Origin: Candidatus Sysuiplasmataceae archaeon
GTDB taxonomy: Archaea > Thermoplasmatota > Thermoplasmata > Sysuiplasmatales > Sysuiplasmataceae
Assembly (NCBI GenBank): GCA_046706185.1
Contig: JBJKPR010000053.1
Location: 7,950-71,949 of the forward strand
Length of the DNA stretch: 64,000 bases
Direction: 5' to 3'
Of the stretch, positions 29,202 to 38,425 are shown in pieces (within the stretch, counting starts at the first letter, position 1; each line of letters starts with the position of its first letter). Position numbers and translations under genes: made by a program. The notes under the pieces were generated by a model that made no database searches, had not been told where the DNA came from, and saw only the letters and a program-made list of their open reading frames with translations.

Positions 29202-30026
29202 ATGAATACCGTTTTCGTTCTGTGCACCCTGGACCCCGCAAGCAGGAACATAGGAGGAAGCCTGCAGAGGAAGGGAGGGTTCGCACCCGAGGCCTCCGAG
29301 GGGGGCAAGGTGCTCTACAGGAGCGACGGCTCATACATGATTGCAATAGACTCAATACACATACACAGGGAGGACCTTGACAGGGAGATCGAAGAGGACT
29401 TCGGCATTAAGCCTGGCAGGCTGATCTTCATGTCAACGCACAGGTCGGAGTCAAACACTCCAGCGATCACGTTCCACCCCATAGGCAATTACGGCGAGGC
29501 GAAGCTAGGAGGCGAAAATGGCGTCCTTGTCCCCTCCTGCCCTGAGCTGATGACAGGCGCAGTGCTCGCGATGGATGCGGTCGAACACCAGGGGTACCAG
29601 GTCACATTTGAGGCAACGCACCACGGACCCCGACTTTCAACGCCCGCGATGTTCGCTGAAATAGGGAGCGATGAGAACGCGTGGAATGACGGTCGGGCAG
29701 GCGAGGCAGTCGCGGAGGCACTTCTCGCTATGAAAGAACAGGAGGGTACGAATGCAGTGGGGATAGGAGGGGGGCACTACTGCTCAAGGTTCAAGGAAAT
29801 TGCGCAGAAGAGGAAGGTGAACTTCGGCCATTTCATATCGAACCACAACCTTCACAGCATTGACGAATCGGCTGCCGCGCAGCTTGTGGAGAAAAGCCCG
29901 AGGACAAGATACTTCGCTGTACACGAGGACAGGAAACACGCGGAGGAGATAGAAAGGGTATCCTCGCTGCTGGAGAGGGCAGGACTGAAGAGGCTGGACC
30001 GCTCTGAAATTGAAGTCAGGAGATGA
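29202..30026 (+). CDS. dtdA: D-aminoacyl-tRNA deacylase, archaeal type (DtdA)
   Basis: Collinear with recalled Pyrococcus DtdA: DREIE, SxHRS, YEATHHGP, VGIGGGHY. The ORF opens at 29181, overlapping the permease stop. ATG at 29202 chosen. Confidence 0.8.
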   Translation: MNTVFVLCTLDPASRNIGGSLQRKGGFAPEASEGGKVLYRSDGSYMIAIDSIHIHREDLDREIEEDFGIKPGRLIFMSTHRSESNTPAITFHPIGNYGEAKLGGENGVLVPSCPELMTGAVLAMDAVEHQGYQVTFEATHHGPRLSTPAMFAEIGSDENAWNDGRAGEAVAEALLAMKEQEGTNAVGIGGGHYCSRFKEIAQKRKVNFGHFISNHNLHSIDESAAAQLVEKSPRTRYFAVHEDRKHAEEIERVSSLLERAGLKRLDRSEIEVRR

Positions 30027-30702
30027 GCGTTCCCTTGAACGGAAGGCCCTTTATGGCGTTCGCAAGTTGCTGTATGTCCCTGCCGTGAAGCACGGCTGTC
30101 GGGATCTTGCTCCTTCCTATCAGCTTTGCACCAAGAGGGTCGAAGACGAAGCTCGAACCGGCCTCCATCCTGGAGTAAAGCACCTTGTCGAGCAGCTCCT
30201 TGTATGACATCCTGTCAATCTTGGTTGCGTTCGGGTTGACCTTCGGGTCCTCAGTGTAGACGCCGTCTACAGACGTGGCATTGATCAGGCGTGCAGCCTT
30301 TATTCTCTCCGCCCCCATCGCAGCAACTGCATCCGTCGTGTGACCGGGATGCGTCCCGCCCATGACAACAATAGGGTTGCTGTTCAGCGCGAGCCTGGCC
30401 TCGTCAAGGCTCTCTGCCGGCTTGTAGTAAGCCTTGTCGCCGAGTGCTGTGATAAGAAGCCGTGCGTTCAGCCTCGTGACTTCTATTCCCAGCTCGTCAA
30501 GGGATGATTCGTCGGCGCCGAGGGAACGCCCGATCGTTATGTAGTACCGGGCGATCTTCCCGCCCCCGCAAACAACCAGGAATTTATAGTTGGGAACTAA
30601 TTCGAGAAGCGTAAGGGCGAGCTGCTTAATGAATGACATGTCGTCGTTGTCCGGTACCAGTATTGAGCCTCCGATAGAGATAGCTATTTTTTCCTGCGGC
30701 AT
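30016..30702 (-). CDS. pyrH: UMP kinase (archaeal PyrH)
   Basis: Start at internal ATG (MPQEKIAISIGGS). Amino-acid-kinase-fold motifs ISIGGSIL and VVCGGG. Confidence 0.85.
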   Translation of the reverse strand: MPQEKIAISIGGSILVPDNDDMSFIKQLALTLLELVPNYKFLVVCGGGKIARYYITIGRSLGADESSLDELGIEVTRLNARLLITALGDKAYYKPAESLDEARLALNSNPIVVMGGTHPGHTTDAVAAMGAERIKAARLINATSVDGVYTEDPKVNPNATKIDRMSYKELLDKVLYSRMEAGSSFVFDPLGAKLIGRSKIPTAVLHGRDIQQLANAIKGLPFKGTLIS

Positions 30703-30782
30703 TTGACAACCTGCTTTTGTACATTCGTTGGTGTTTTCATCAAAGGGAGAGATTATTTTAGTATTAAAAATCAATCAATGGG

Positions 30783-32021
30783 ATGACAATGGAAATAACT
30801 GAAAAACAGAGATACGATTTCAAGAGGGAGATGGAGAGAATATCCTCCTACCAGGGAAGGGGGACGGAGCTCATCTCCCTTTACGTTCCTGCAGGCAAGA
30901 TGATATCAGATGTTGCAAACTACCTGAGGGAGGAACAGTCGCAGTCATCCAACATAAAATCGTCGACGACGAGGAAGAATGTGCAGTCGGCTATCAGCTC
31001 GATACTGTCCAGGCTGAAATACTACAAGATGCTCGCTCCCGACCACGGAATTGTGTTCTTTGTCGGCACGATACCTAAGAACGGTGACCAGACAACAATG
31101 GTGCAGCATGTGATAGAACCGCCTGAACCGATAAGCACATTTCTCTACAGGTGCGATTCCTCTTTCTACCTCGACCCGTTGCAGTCCATGCTCGAGGAGA
31201 AGGACATATACGGCCTGCTTGTGATTGACAGGAAAGAGGCAACGCTCGGCTTTCTCAAGGGAAAGTCGATACAGGTCGTAAAGAACATGCAGTCGCTTGT
31301 GCCGAGCAAGCACAGGATGGGAGGGCAGTCCTCGCTCCGTTTTGAAAGGCTCATTGAGATTGCCGCGAACGAATACTTCAAGGATGTTGGGGAGACATGC
31401 ACGAACACATTCCTGGGAGTGCCGGGGCTCAGCGGAATACTGATCGGAGGTCCTGGCAGCACGAAGGATTTTTTCTACAAGGAGGGGTACCTCCATTACG
31501 AGCTTCAGAAGAAGGTCATAGACACGTTCGACACAGGATACACAGATGAGTACGGGCTAAGGGAGCTTGTGGAGAAGGCGAAGGACAAACTGAAGGACCT
31601 GGACATAATGAAGCAGAAAGCGCTGATGGACAGGTTCATGGCAGAGATCCGGAAGCCGGATGACGGCCTCGCAACCTACGGCATTAAGGAGGTCAAGCAG
31701 GCGCTTGACATGGGCGCAGTGGCGCTGCTGCTTGTCAGTGAAGGGCTGAAGAAAATGGAGAGGGTTTTCACCTGCGGAAGCTGCGGCAACGTGCAGAAGG
31801 AGGTTCAGTCCGACGAGGAGGCTGTTGCGCCCTCGTGCACAAACTGCGGAGGGCAGACATCCCTGACATCTGAGACTGACCTTGTCGACGAGATGTTCGA
31901 AACAGCTGAAAGGATGGGCACCGAAATACAGCTCATTTCCGCTGCCTCCGAAGAGGGAAAGATGCTTCTGAATGCATTCGGCGGCCTTGCGGCAGTGCTG
32001 AGGTACAGGACGGGAATCTGA
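30783..32021 (+). CDS. prf1: peptide chain release factor aRF1
   Basis: 412 aa. NIKS motif (SSNIKSST) and GGQ motif (RMGGQSS). C-domain carries a CxxC...CxxC mini zinc-ribbon insertion. Confidence 0.9.
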   Translation: MTMEITEKQRYDFKREMERISSYQGRGTELISLYVPAGKMISDVANYLREEQSQSSNIKSSTTRKNVQSAISSILSRLKYYKMLAPDHGIVFFVGTIPKNGDQTTMVQHVIEPPEPISTFLYRCDSSFYLDPLQSMLEEKDIYGLLVIDRKEATLGFLKGKSIQVVKNMQSLVPSKHRMGGQSSLRFERLIEIAANEYFKDVGETCTNTFLGVPGLSGILIGGPGSTKDFFYKEGYLHYELQKKVIDTFDTGYTDEYGLRELVEKAKDKLKDLDIMKQKALMDRFMAEIRKPDDGLATYGIKEVKQALDMGAVALLLVSEGLKKMERVFTCGSCGNVQKEVQSDEEAVAPSCTNCGGQTSLTSETDLVDEMFETAERMGTEIQLISAASEEGKMLLNAFGGLAAVLRYRTGI

Positions 32022-32023
32022 GG

Positions 32024-33715
32024 ATGGACCCGTTCGGACCCTTCAGGAAGTCTGCCGCAGGTTACGTCGCGAAGATGCTGTCCGAGAAATACGGCATCGA
32101 CGAGAAGGTCGAGTTCGCCCCCGGAGGTGAAGTGTCCGATTTCACTTACCCGTGCTTCCAGCTTGCGCGCAGGATTTCTGAAAACCCGCAGAAGGTTGCT
32201 TCTGAACTAGCTTCTGGCGCGGGCATTGTTGAAGACATTCTGAAGGTAAGTGCAACTGGGGGCTACCTCAACATAGACGCAAGGCAGGACAGGCTTGCCA
32301 CTGAGACGGTTAGGACAGTGAGGGAGATGGGAAAGGCGTACGGCAGGGCCGAGACCGTCCCCCTCAGGATGCTGGTTGAGCACACATCCATCAACCCTAC
32401 CGGCCCGATGCACATCGGAAGGACCAGGAATGCGATAATAGGCGATACGCTTGTCCGTTCCCTCAGGCAGGCTGGGCTCGATGTTCTGTCCGAATACTAC
32501 GTGAACGACGTTGGCAAGCAGGTTGTTGTCCTCTACTGGGGACTCACTCGTTTCCTGAAGGGCCCGGCTGAAGGCAAGCAGGACCATGCGCTCCTCCCCT
32601 ACTACATAAAGGCGAACGAGCAGCTGGAGAAGGATGAGGGGGCAGCGGCTGAAGTGAGCAGCCTGCAGCAGCGCCTGGAGGGCGGCGATGAGGCTGTGCT
32701 TGAGCAGACAAGAACGGCTGCCGAAAAGGTGCTTTCGGGCCTGAAGGAAAGCCTTCGCAGCATCAATGTCATGCACGACAGGTTCGTGTTCGAGAGCGAG
32801 CTGATCAGGAACGGCAGCGTCAGGTCTGTCATAGAGAGGCTCAAGAAGCTCCCCCAGGCAAAGGAGGAGGGCGGCGCATGGTTCATACCCCTCGGCGAGG
32901 GAGAGGATGAGGACAGGTTCTACTTCACACGCTCAGACGGAACAAGCCTCTACACCACGAGGGACATAGCATACCACATTGACAAGCTGTCCAGGACTGA
33001 CAGGCTCGTCGATGTGCTTGGCGAAGACCAGAAGCTCGGAATGAAGTTCCTTATCAGGACGCTTGAACTGCTGGGGGAGTCCAAGCGGATCGACTTCCTT
33101 TTCCACTCCTTCGTTTCGCTTGCGGAGGGGAGGATGTCAACAAGGCACGGGGTCGGTGTGCTGATAGATGATGTCGTCGCGGAAGCAAAGAGCAGGGCAA
33201 TGGACGAAGTGCTCAAGCGCAGGCCTGACATAGGAAAGGAAGAGGCGAAGGCGATTGCAGACGCCGTGGGAGTGGGCGCAGTGAGGTACAACATAGTCAG
33301 GCTACAGGCGGAGAAGAAGCTTGTGTTCAAGTGGGAGGAAGCTCTCAACTTCGAGGGAAGCAGCGCTCCCTTCGTGCAGTATTCCCATGCGCGTGCCTGC
33401 AGCATACTCGAAAAGGCGGGAAAATGGGAAGCGGGCGATTTGTACTACGAGGAGGAGAACGAGCTGAGGCTTGCCAGACAGCTTGCCCTTTTCCCGACGG
33501 TGCTTAGGGACGTCTCCAGGTCACTCGCGGTACACAAGGTCGCGGCTTATGCGCAGCAGACGGCATCTGAATTCAACCAGTTCTACAGGATTGTACCGGT
33601 GCTCAAGGCACCGGGGAACAGGCTTGGCCCCAGGCTGGCGCTGGTAGATGCATCAAGGATTGTTCTTGAGAACGCGCTTGGGTGCATGGGAATAGACTCA
33701 CCAGGCTCCATGTAG
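32024..33715 (+). CDS. argS: arginyl-tRNA synthetase
   Basis: 563 aa. HIGH-type motif PTGPMHIGRTRN. Class I architecture. Confidence 0.9.
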   Translation: MDPFGPFRKSAAGYVAKMLSEKYGIDEKVEFAPGGEVSDFTYPCFQLARRISENPQKVASELASGAGIVEDILKVSATGGYLNIDARQDRLATETVRTVREMGKAYGRAETVPLRMLVEHTSINPTGPMHIGRTRNAIIGDTLVRSLRQAGLDVLSEYYVNDVGKQVVVLYWGLTRFLKGPAEGKQDHALLPYYIKANEQLEKDEGAAAEVSSLQQRLEGGDEAVLEQTRTAAEKVLSGLKESLRSINVMHDRFVFESELIRNGSVRSVIERLKKLPQAKEEGGAWFIPLGEGEDEDRFYFTRSDGTSLYTTRDIAYHIDKLSRTDRLVDVLGEDQKLGMKFLIRTLELLGESKRIDFLFHSFVSLAEGRMSTRHGVGVLIDDVVAEAKSRAMDEVLKRRPDIGKEEAKAIADAVGVGAVRYNIVRLQAEKKLVFKWEEALNFEGSSAPFVQYSHARACSILEKAGKWEAGDLYYEEENELRLARQLALFPTVLRDVSRSLAVHKVAAYAQQTASEFNQFYRIVPVLKAPGNRLGPRLALVDASRIVLENALGCMGIDSPGSM

Positions 33716-33724
33716 TCAGCCAGG

Positions 33725-33736
33725 AAAAGAAAACAG
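33725..33736 (-). terminator. T-rich tract (CTGTTTTCTTTT on minus strand) ~40 nt downstream of the surface-protein gene stop; candidate archaeal oligo-T terminator
   Basis: Sequence inspection only. Confidence 0.3.
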
Positions 33737-33775
33737 ATAAGTAATTTGTTAAGAGGTTTCAGCGGACGCCGGGCC

Positions 33776-36700
33776 CTACTTTCTCTTGGGAGGCTGTCCC
33801 TTCTCGTATCCCTTCCGCCTTGGCATTCTCCTGCGAAGAGCGATCACCGCAACTATTGCGACTATTATGACAATGATGCCTATGTAGAGAGCGTAGACCT
33901 GGAGCTGTGACTGGTTTATCGAGATGGGTTGTGTCATTGTGTTGTCGCTTGACTGCAGCTGGTAGGGCGCTGTGCTTGTCGCCTGTATGGTGAAGTTGCC
34001 AAAGCTGGGAGGAGACCAGTGGATTATGCCGAAGACAGTCTCGTTTGGAGCTATGGAACTGGCAGTGTTCTTCTCCGTTCCGTTGTAGAATGTGGATATA
34101 GAGCCTATAGTGATCTTGTTGCCGCTCTGCGCGTTGATTGCAACCAGGTTGACCTTGGACAGGCTTGCGTTTGCGCTGCCTATGTTGATCAGTGTGACGT
34201 TGATTGTTCCGGAGGAGCCCTGAGTGAACACCCTCGGGCTGAAGGATATGTTTATGATCCTCAAATCGGGCCGCGGCTGGGAGGTCACTGTCATGTTGTA
34301 TGTGTATGTTGCTTTGTTGCCTGCCGGGTCGACTACCGTCAGCTTCACAGAAACAGGTGTGCTGCTTATGTATGTGTATATGTGAGAGACGTTCGTGCCC
34401 GCACTGCCGGTTATGTTCTGGTACCTGGAGTAGAGAGTATTGCCAAGTGTAGACGCGTTTGTTGTGTTGTGAGCATCTCCGAAGTCCCATTCAAACAGGA
34501 GGCTTGACACTGCGAAGTTGGGGTCGGATGTGGCTGAAGCGTTGAAGTGGACAGTTGTGTTCTCCCTCACAGAGCCGCCAGCGGATTTCCAGGCGCTGTT
34601 GTAGACAAGGAATGAAACAATGGGCTTGAGTGTCTTGTTCACCTGTACCGTTACGCTTGTCGTGGCCGTGTAGCCAACCTCGTCCGTCACGGTGAGGTTC
34701 ATTGTGTAGTTGCCCGGAGAGTAGTATGAGTGCGACACATTCAGGTTTGTGGCTGTGTAGCTGAAGACCGTGTAGTTCTTCACGCCGTCTCCCCAGCTGA
34801 AGTTGTATGAGATCACAGTCCCCTGGTTGTCACCAGGGCTTATGGACGCTTTGGAGCCGAGGCCGTTGACTGTTATCGGCGTGCTCTGGTTCGCATAGAG
34901 CCTGCCTGAGTATATCGTCTTCCCGACAGCTGTAATCTGTGCCGAGAGTGTCGTGTCATTCGCAACCCTTACCTGTATTGTTGTGTTGGCCGAGTGGCCC
35001 GTTACAGTCGTTGCGGTCAGCGTCACATACATGAACTGACCAGGGGTCGTGTAATTTGCATAGCTGTGGTTCACTACAGTCTGGTAGGTGTTGTTGGTGT
35101 AGGATGAAGGCAGGGAGCTGTTGTCCCAGTGCCATGAATAGAGCAGCGGGCCGCCTGACGGGTCGTACGAGCCCTGTGCGGTGTAGTTGACAGCAGTTTC
35201 CGCCCTTACTATGTAATACTGCACCGAGCCGCTCTTGGAATATGCGAATGCATATGCCCCGGTCACGGCAGCCGCCTTTACGACAGGCGTCTGGCCCACA
35301 CTCACCGACATTGTAACAGTTGCGTAGCCGTATCCGGTGGTTGTCCCGTATACCGTGATGGTGGTGTGACCGACAACAGTTACAGGGCCAAACGGGCCCG
35401 TGCTGCTGTTGCTCGATAGCTGGAACCCTGTCGGGACTGTCAGTGTGTAGATAAACTGCATTTCGGTAGTGTTGTAGTTGGCGAGAAGTACGACGCTGTA
35501 GGAACTGACATTGGCGGGAATGGATGAAAGGGTCCTGTATGAATCTGTGATGTTGTAATAATAAGCGGATGTGGTGGAAAGAGCACCTGTCTTGACACCT
35601 GACAGGACGGATGTATAGCTGTTACCTCCCAGGTAGTTTGTTGAATTGACGCTGAGCAGGTTGTATGTTGTGACATACTCAGGCCCAAGCCCGGCGACCG
35701 CCGCCTGCGCTGCAGTCAGGGTGGATGCGTTGACAGCGGGGTAGCCGCCGTTGAATGCGAGAGCAAGCTGCATCGCGACTGAAGGCACGTATGAGTACGG
35801 GAGACTCGCAATGCTTGTGCCTGCATCGAGCGATTGTGCGTAGCTTATGTTAACATAGTTCCAGTTTGGTGTTCCTGAAGCGTATGCTATATCTGTAGAT
35901 GAGGCAGGGAACCCGCTGCTAAGCTTCGGAGAAAGCTGCACATCCTGGGTGGTCGACCCGGAGACGGTCACATCTGTAAGATATGATCCCTCGCCGGATG
36001 AGTTGATGACCATCGCATATGTGCCGTTCTCGACATAGAAATTGTAGAAGTATGCTGTAATCGTTGCGTGGAAAAACCTGAGCTGCAAAGGCACGGACGG
36101 AGATGCGTAGCTGAGCAGGTAACCTGTAACGTTTGTTGCGAGTGTTCCGCTGCTCGTGCTGACGACGCCGCCAAGGTCGTACGCGAGTGGCAGCGGTGCG
36201 GAGATGGTCGCCGGTATGGATGCCCCTGACACAACCGCAGAGTAGGGGGCAAAGTATGATGAGAGGGAAGAGTTGGAGTTATTGACGGAAGCTATCATGT
36301 CATAGTTGTAGAGGCTGCTTATCTGGAGAGTCACCTGGCCGGCGGCATCCGTGTATCCCGATGCAACCGTCTGGTTGAATTCGCCAAGCGATTTGCTTAT
36401 TATTGTGCCGTTTGCCCAAGTCGTTTCAACGAACTGGACGTAAGCGCCCTGGATGCCGGAGGAGTATCCCTGTCCCGTAACTGTCACTGTGACACTGTGC
36501 GTGTTTGAGGGTGTGTTGTCAATCTTGTAGAGCACCAGGTTTGCCGTTCTCACGGAGACAGTGTTATTGAAAGCAACAGGCTGCGGAAGTGTGCCGCTGA
36601 AATAACCGGGTGCGCTGGCGGACACGGTGTAGTATCCAGGCACAAGCTTGCCAGAGGGCACTCCGCTTGCCGAGTACGTAGTGCTGTAATTCAGTGTATA

Positions 36701-36955
36701 CCTTATGGACGGATTGTGCGTATTTGTGAGAGTCACGTTGGCATTGGTCGGAACTGCAAACGATGTTCCTGTAGTGGTCGTCAGCAGTGCGACCTGGAAT
36801 GTGTTACCGCCTGAGGCGGCTGACTGAGTCCTGATTGCTGTCGACTTGCTGACCGCGCTATTGCCGCTTCCTGGCGCAAACAGAGCTATCGCCGATGCGG
36901 CTAGCATCAGGACGACAAGCAGAGACGCCACTCCTTTCAATTTCCACTTTTGCAT
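33776..36955 (-). CDS. large secreted cell-surface glycoprotein (S-layer/adhesin-like) with PKD/Ig-like beta domains and C-terminal membrane anchor
   Basis: 1059 aa. N-terminal signal peptide. Extremely Ser/Thr/Asn/Tyr-rich with many N-x-S/T sequons. PKD-like motifs (FSWGDGVKNYT..., WDFGDAHNTTN). C-terminal TM helix plus basic tail RRRMPRRKGYEKGQPPKRK. Confidence 0.7.
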   Translation of the reverse strand: MQKWKLKGVASLLVVLMLAASAIALFAPGSGNSAVSKSTAIRTQSAASGGNTFQVALLTTTTGTSFAVPTNANVTLTNTHNPSIRYTLNYSTTYSASGVPSGKLVPGYYTVSASAPGYFSGTLPQPVAFNNTVSVRTANLVLYKIDNTPSNTHSVTVTVTGQGYSSGIQGAYVQFVETTWANGTIISKSLGEFNQTVASGYTDAAGQVTLQISSLYNYDMIASVNNSNSSLSSYFAPYSAVVSGASIPATISAPLPLAYDLGGVVSTSSGTLATNVTGYLLSYASPSVPLQLRFFHATITAYFYNFYVENGTYAMVINSSGEGSYLTDVTVSGSTTQDVQLSPKLSSGFPASSTDIAYASGTPNWNYVNISYAQSLDAGTSIASLPYSYVPSVAMQLALAFNGGYPAVNASTLTAAQAAVAGLGPEYVTTYNLLSVNSTNYLGGNSYTSVLSGVKTGALSTTSAYYYNITDSYRTLSSIPANVSSYSVVLLANYNTTEMQFIYTLTVPTGFQLSSNSSTGPFGPVTVVGHTTITVYGTTTGYGYATVTMSVSVGQTPVVKAAAVTGAYAFAYSKSGSVQYYIVRAETAVNYTAQGSYDPSGGPLLYSWHWDNSSLPSSYTNNTYQTVVNHSYANYTTPGQFMYVTLTATTVTGHSANTTIQVRVANDTTLSAQITAVGKTIYSGRLYANQSTPITVNGLGSKASISPGDNQGTVISYNFSWGDGVKNYTVFSYTATNLNVSHSYYSPGNYTMNLTVTDEVGYTATTSVTVQVNKTLKPIVSFLVYNSAWKSAGGSVRENTTVHFNASATSDPNFAVSSLLFEWDFGDAHNTTNASTLGNTLYSRYQNITGSAGTNVSHIYTYISSTPVSVKLTVVDPAGNKATYTYNMTVTSQPRPDLRIINISFSPRVFTQGSSGTINVTLINIGSANASLSKVNLVAINAQSGNKITIGSISTFYNGTEKNTASSIAPNETVFGIIHWSPPSFGNFTIQATSTAPYQLQSSDNTMTQPISINQSQLQVYALYIGIIVIIVAIVAVIALRRRMPRRKGYEKGQPPKRK

Positions 36956-37198
36956 TGGTGTATCCTCCGAGGTACCTGCGCAACGGCTTCATCAAACATA
37001 GTCAATCACTGCCGTGGCAACGAGGTTCGAAGCCAACTTTTTTCCGCCTAACTAGTACCACTTAATAAAGGTTATTGAGGTGATAAATCATCCGGTAGGC
37101 ATGTGATCTGACTGGAGTGTGTCTGACTGAAAGGATGATGCCGAGACATTAAAAGTCATGGAAAAAATGCTCATCATCGGTCCCGTGGGCAGCGGGGC

Positions 37199-38365
37199 TC
37201 ATGTGACGATCTCGTCAAGCCTTTCTTCTTCCGCGCCCCTCCTTATCTCCATCGCGATCCTTCTTCCTGTGCTCATGTTGCAGTTGTACAGCATATTACC
37301 GTAGGAGTGACCGGACCATGCATGAACATTTGTTCCACCGCCTATCCTCGGAGCGACGTCGTAGATGAAAAAGTGCATGTCCTTGTCAACGCAGGTCTGC
37401 AGCGTAAACGGCCCGATTATGCCAGGAGGATGGAGTTTGTGCGATATTGCCACGTACTTCTCGGCGAGGTGAAATGCACCGTCCAGAAGCGATTCCCGGA
37501 GCGTCGCGCTGTTGTGGCCCACGACAGTATACTCAGGTATCCTCTGCTCCCCCGTGAGCGCGAGCTGCTGATCCGCCGGGAGCCTGACGTGCCCGTCAAG
37601 TGATGACTCGAAACGCCAGTCAATGCCCAGAAGCTCTATCTCCTCGCCCTTTTCCTGCAGCGGTGAATAGAAGAAATCCAGGTTGAAGACCGGGCCTATG
37701 ATGTACTTTTCAATCCTCGCCGACATGAGGTCCTCCCTGCTTATGACATTTGACCTCATCAGCTCACCTGACTTTCTGGCATATTCCTCTTGGCTGGAGG
37801 CTGTGAAGAAACCTCTTTCCAGCCTCTTTACCTTGTGATGAAGCTTCACGATCACGAGAGAATCGATGTCAGCAGGATCCGTAACATGCTCGGGATAAGG
37901 CAAACCTCCTTTTTCAAGGAGGGTGTAGTAATTGTCCTTCTCCTCCCTCTCCTCGCTCCTCAGCATGCTTCTGGAGCCGAACATCGGGACATCAAAGATA
38001 TTCTCGATGTCGTCCAGTGTGCAGTAGGATGTAAATGACCTGTTCGGCACGAATACCACCTTCTGTCTTCTCAGCTCCGCCCTGTTCTCCTCTTTCATCA
38101 GATCGGAAAAACTATCAAGCTGCATCAGACGGTCCACAATGCCCCTGGTTATGCCGCCCGTCTTCGTTTTTCTGAAGTATTTTGCATATGAATCATCTCT
38201 TCCCTTCTGCGTCACTACCAGAGAAGGGAGGCCCTCTTGGCTCGCACCATCGAGTACATCAAGCGCTGAATGGGAGCCAAGGACGCCGACACTGACGTTT
38301 CTTCCATAGCTGCCCGCAATCCTGCCCATGCTGCTTCTTTCAATCATCCCTGTCAGCACACTCAA
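37199..38365 (-). CDS. PurP-family ATP-grasp protein (FAICAR synthetase paralog)
   Basis: 388 aa. N-terminal VGVLGSHSALDV, paralogous to the clearer purP at 48840-49910. Confidence 0.6.
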   Translation of the reverse strand: MSVLTGMIERSSMGRIAGSYGRNVSVGVLGSHSALDVLDGASQEGLPSLVVTQKGRDDSYAKYFRKTKTGGITRGIVDRLMQLDSFSDLMKEENRAELRRQKVVFVPNRSFTSYCTLDDIENIFDVPMFGSRSMLRSEEREEKDNYYTLLEKGGLPYPEHVTDPADIDSLVIVKLHHKVKRLERGFFTASSQEEYARKSGELMRSNVISREDLMSARIEKYIIGPVFNLDFFYSPLQEKGEEIELLGIDWRFESSLDGHVRLPADQQLALTGEQRIPEYTVVGHNSATLRESLLDGAFHLAEKYVAISHKLHPPGIIGPFTLQTCVDKDMHFFIYDVAPRIGGGTNVHAWSGHSYGNMLYNCNMSTGRRIAMEIRRGAEEERLDEIVT

Positions 38366-38425
38366 TGATCAAAGCAGATAAAAGCATTGCATGCGCACGG
38401 CAGTACAGGCATGGCTGCATCTCTC

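Noticed and set aside
33759-34490. 243-aa His/Gln-rich ORF overlapping the 3' end of the surface-protein gene
   Set aside because: Alternative frame of a highly repetitive Ser/Thr-rich gene. No support.
37123-37134. CTGACTGAAAGG upstream of the surface-protein gene resembling the TTCCCCTGAAAGG motif
   Set aside because: Only the 8-mer CTGAAAGG is shared. That is expected by chance about once or twice in 64 kb.
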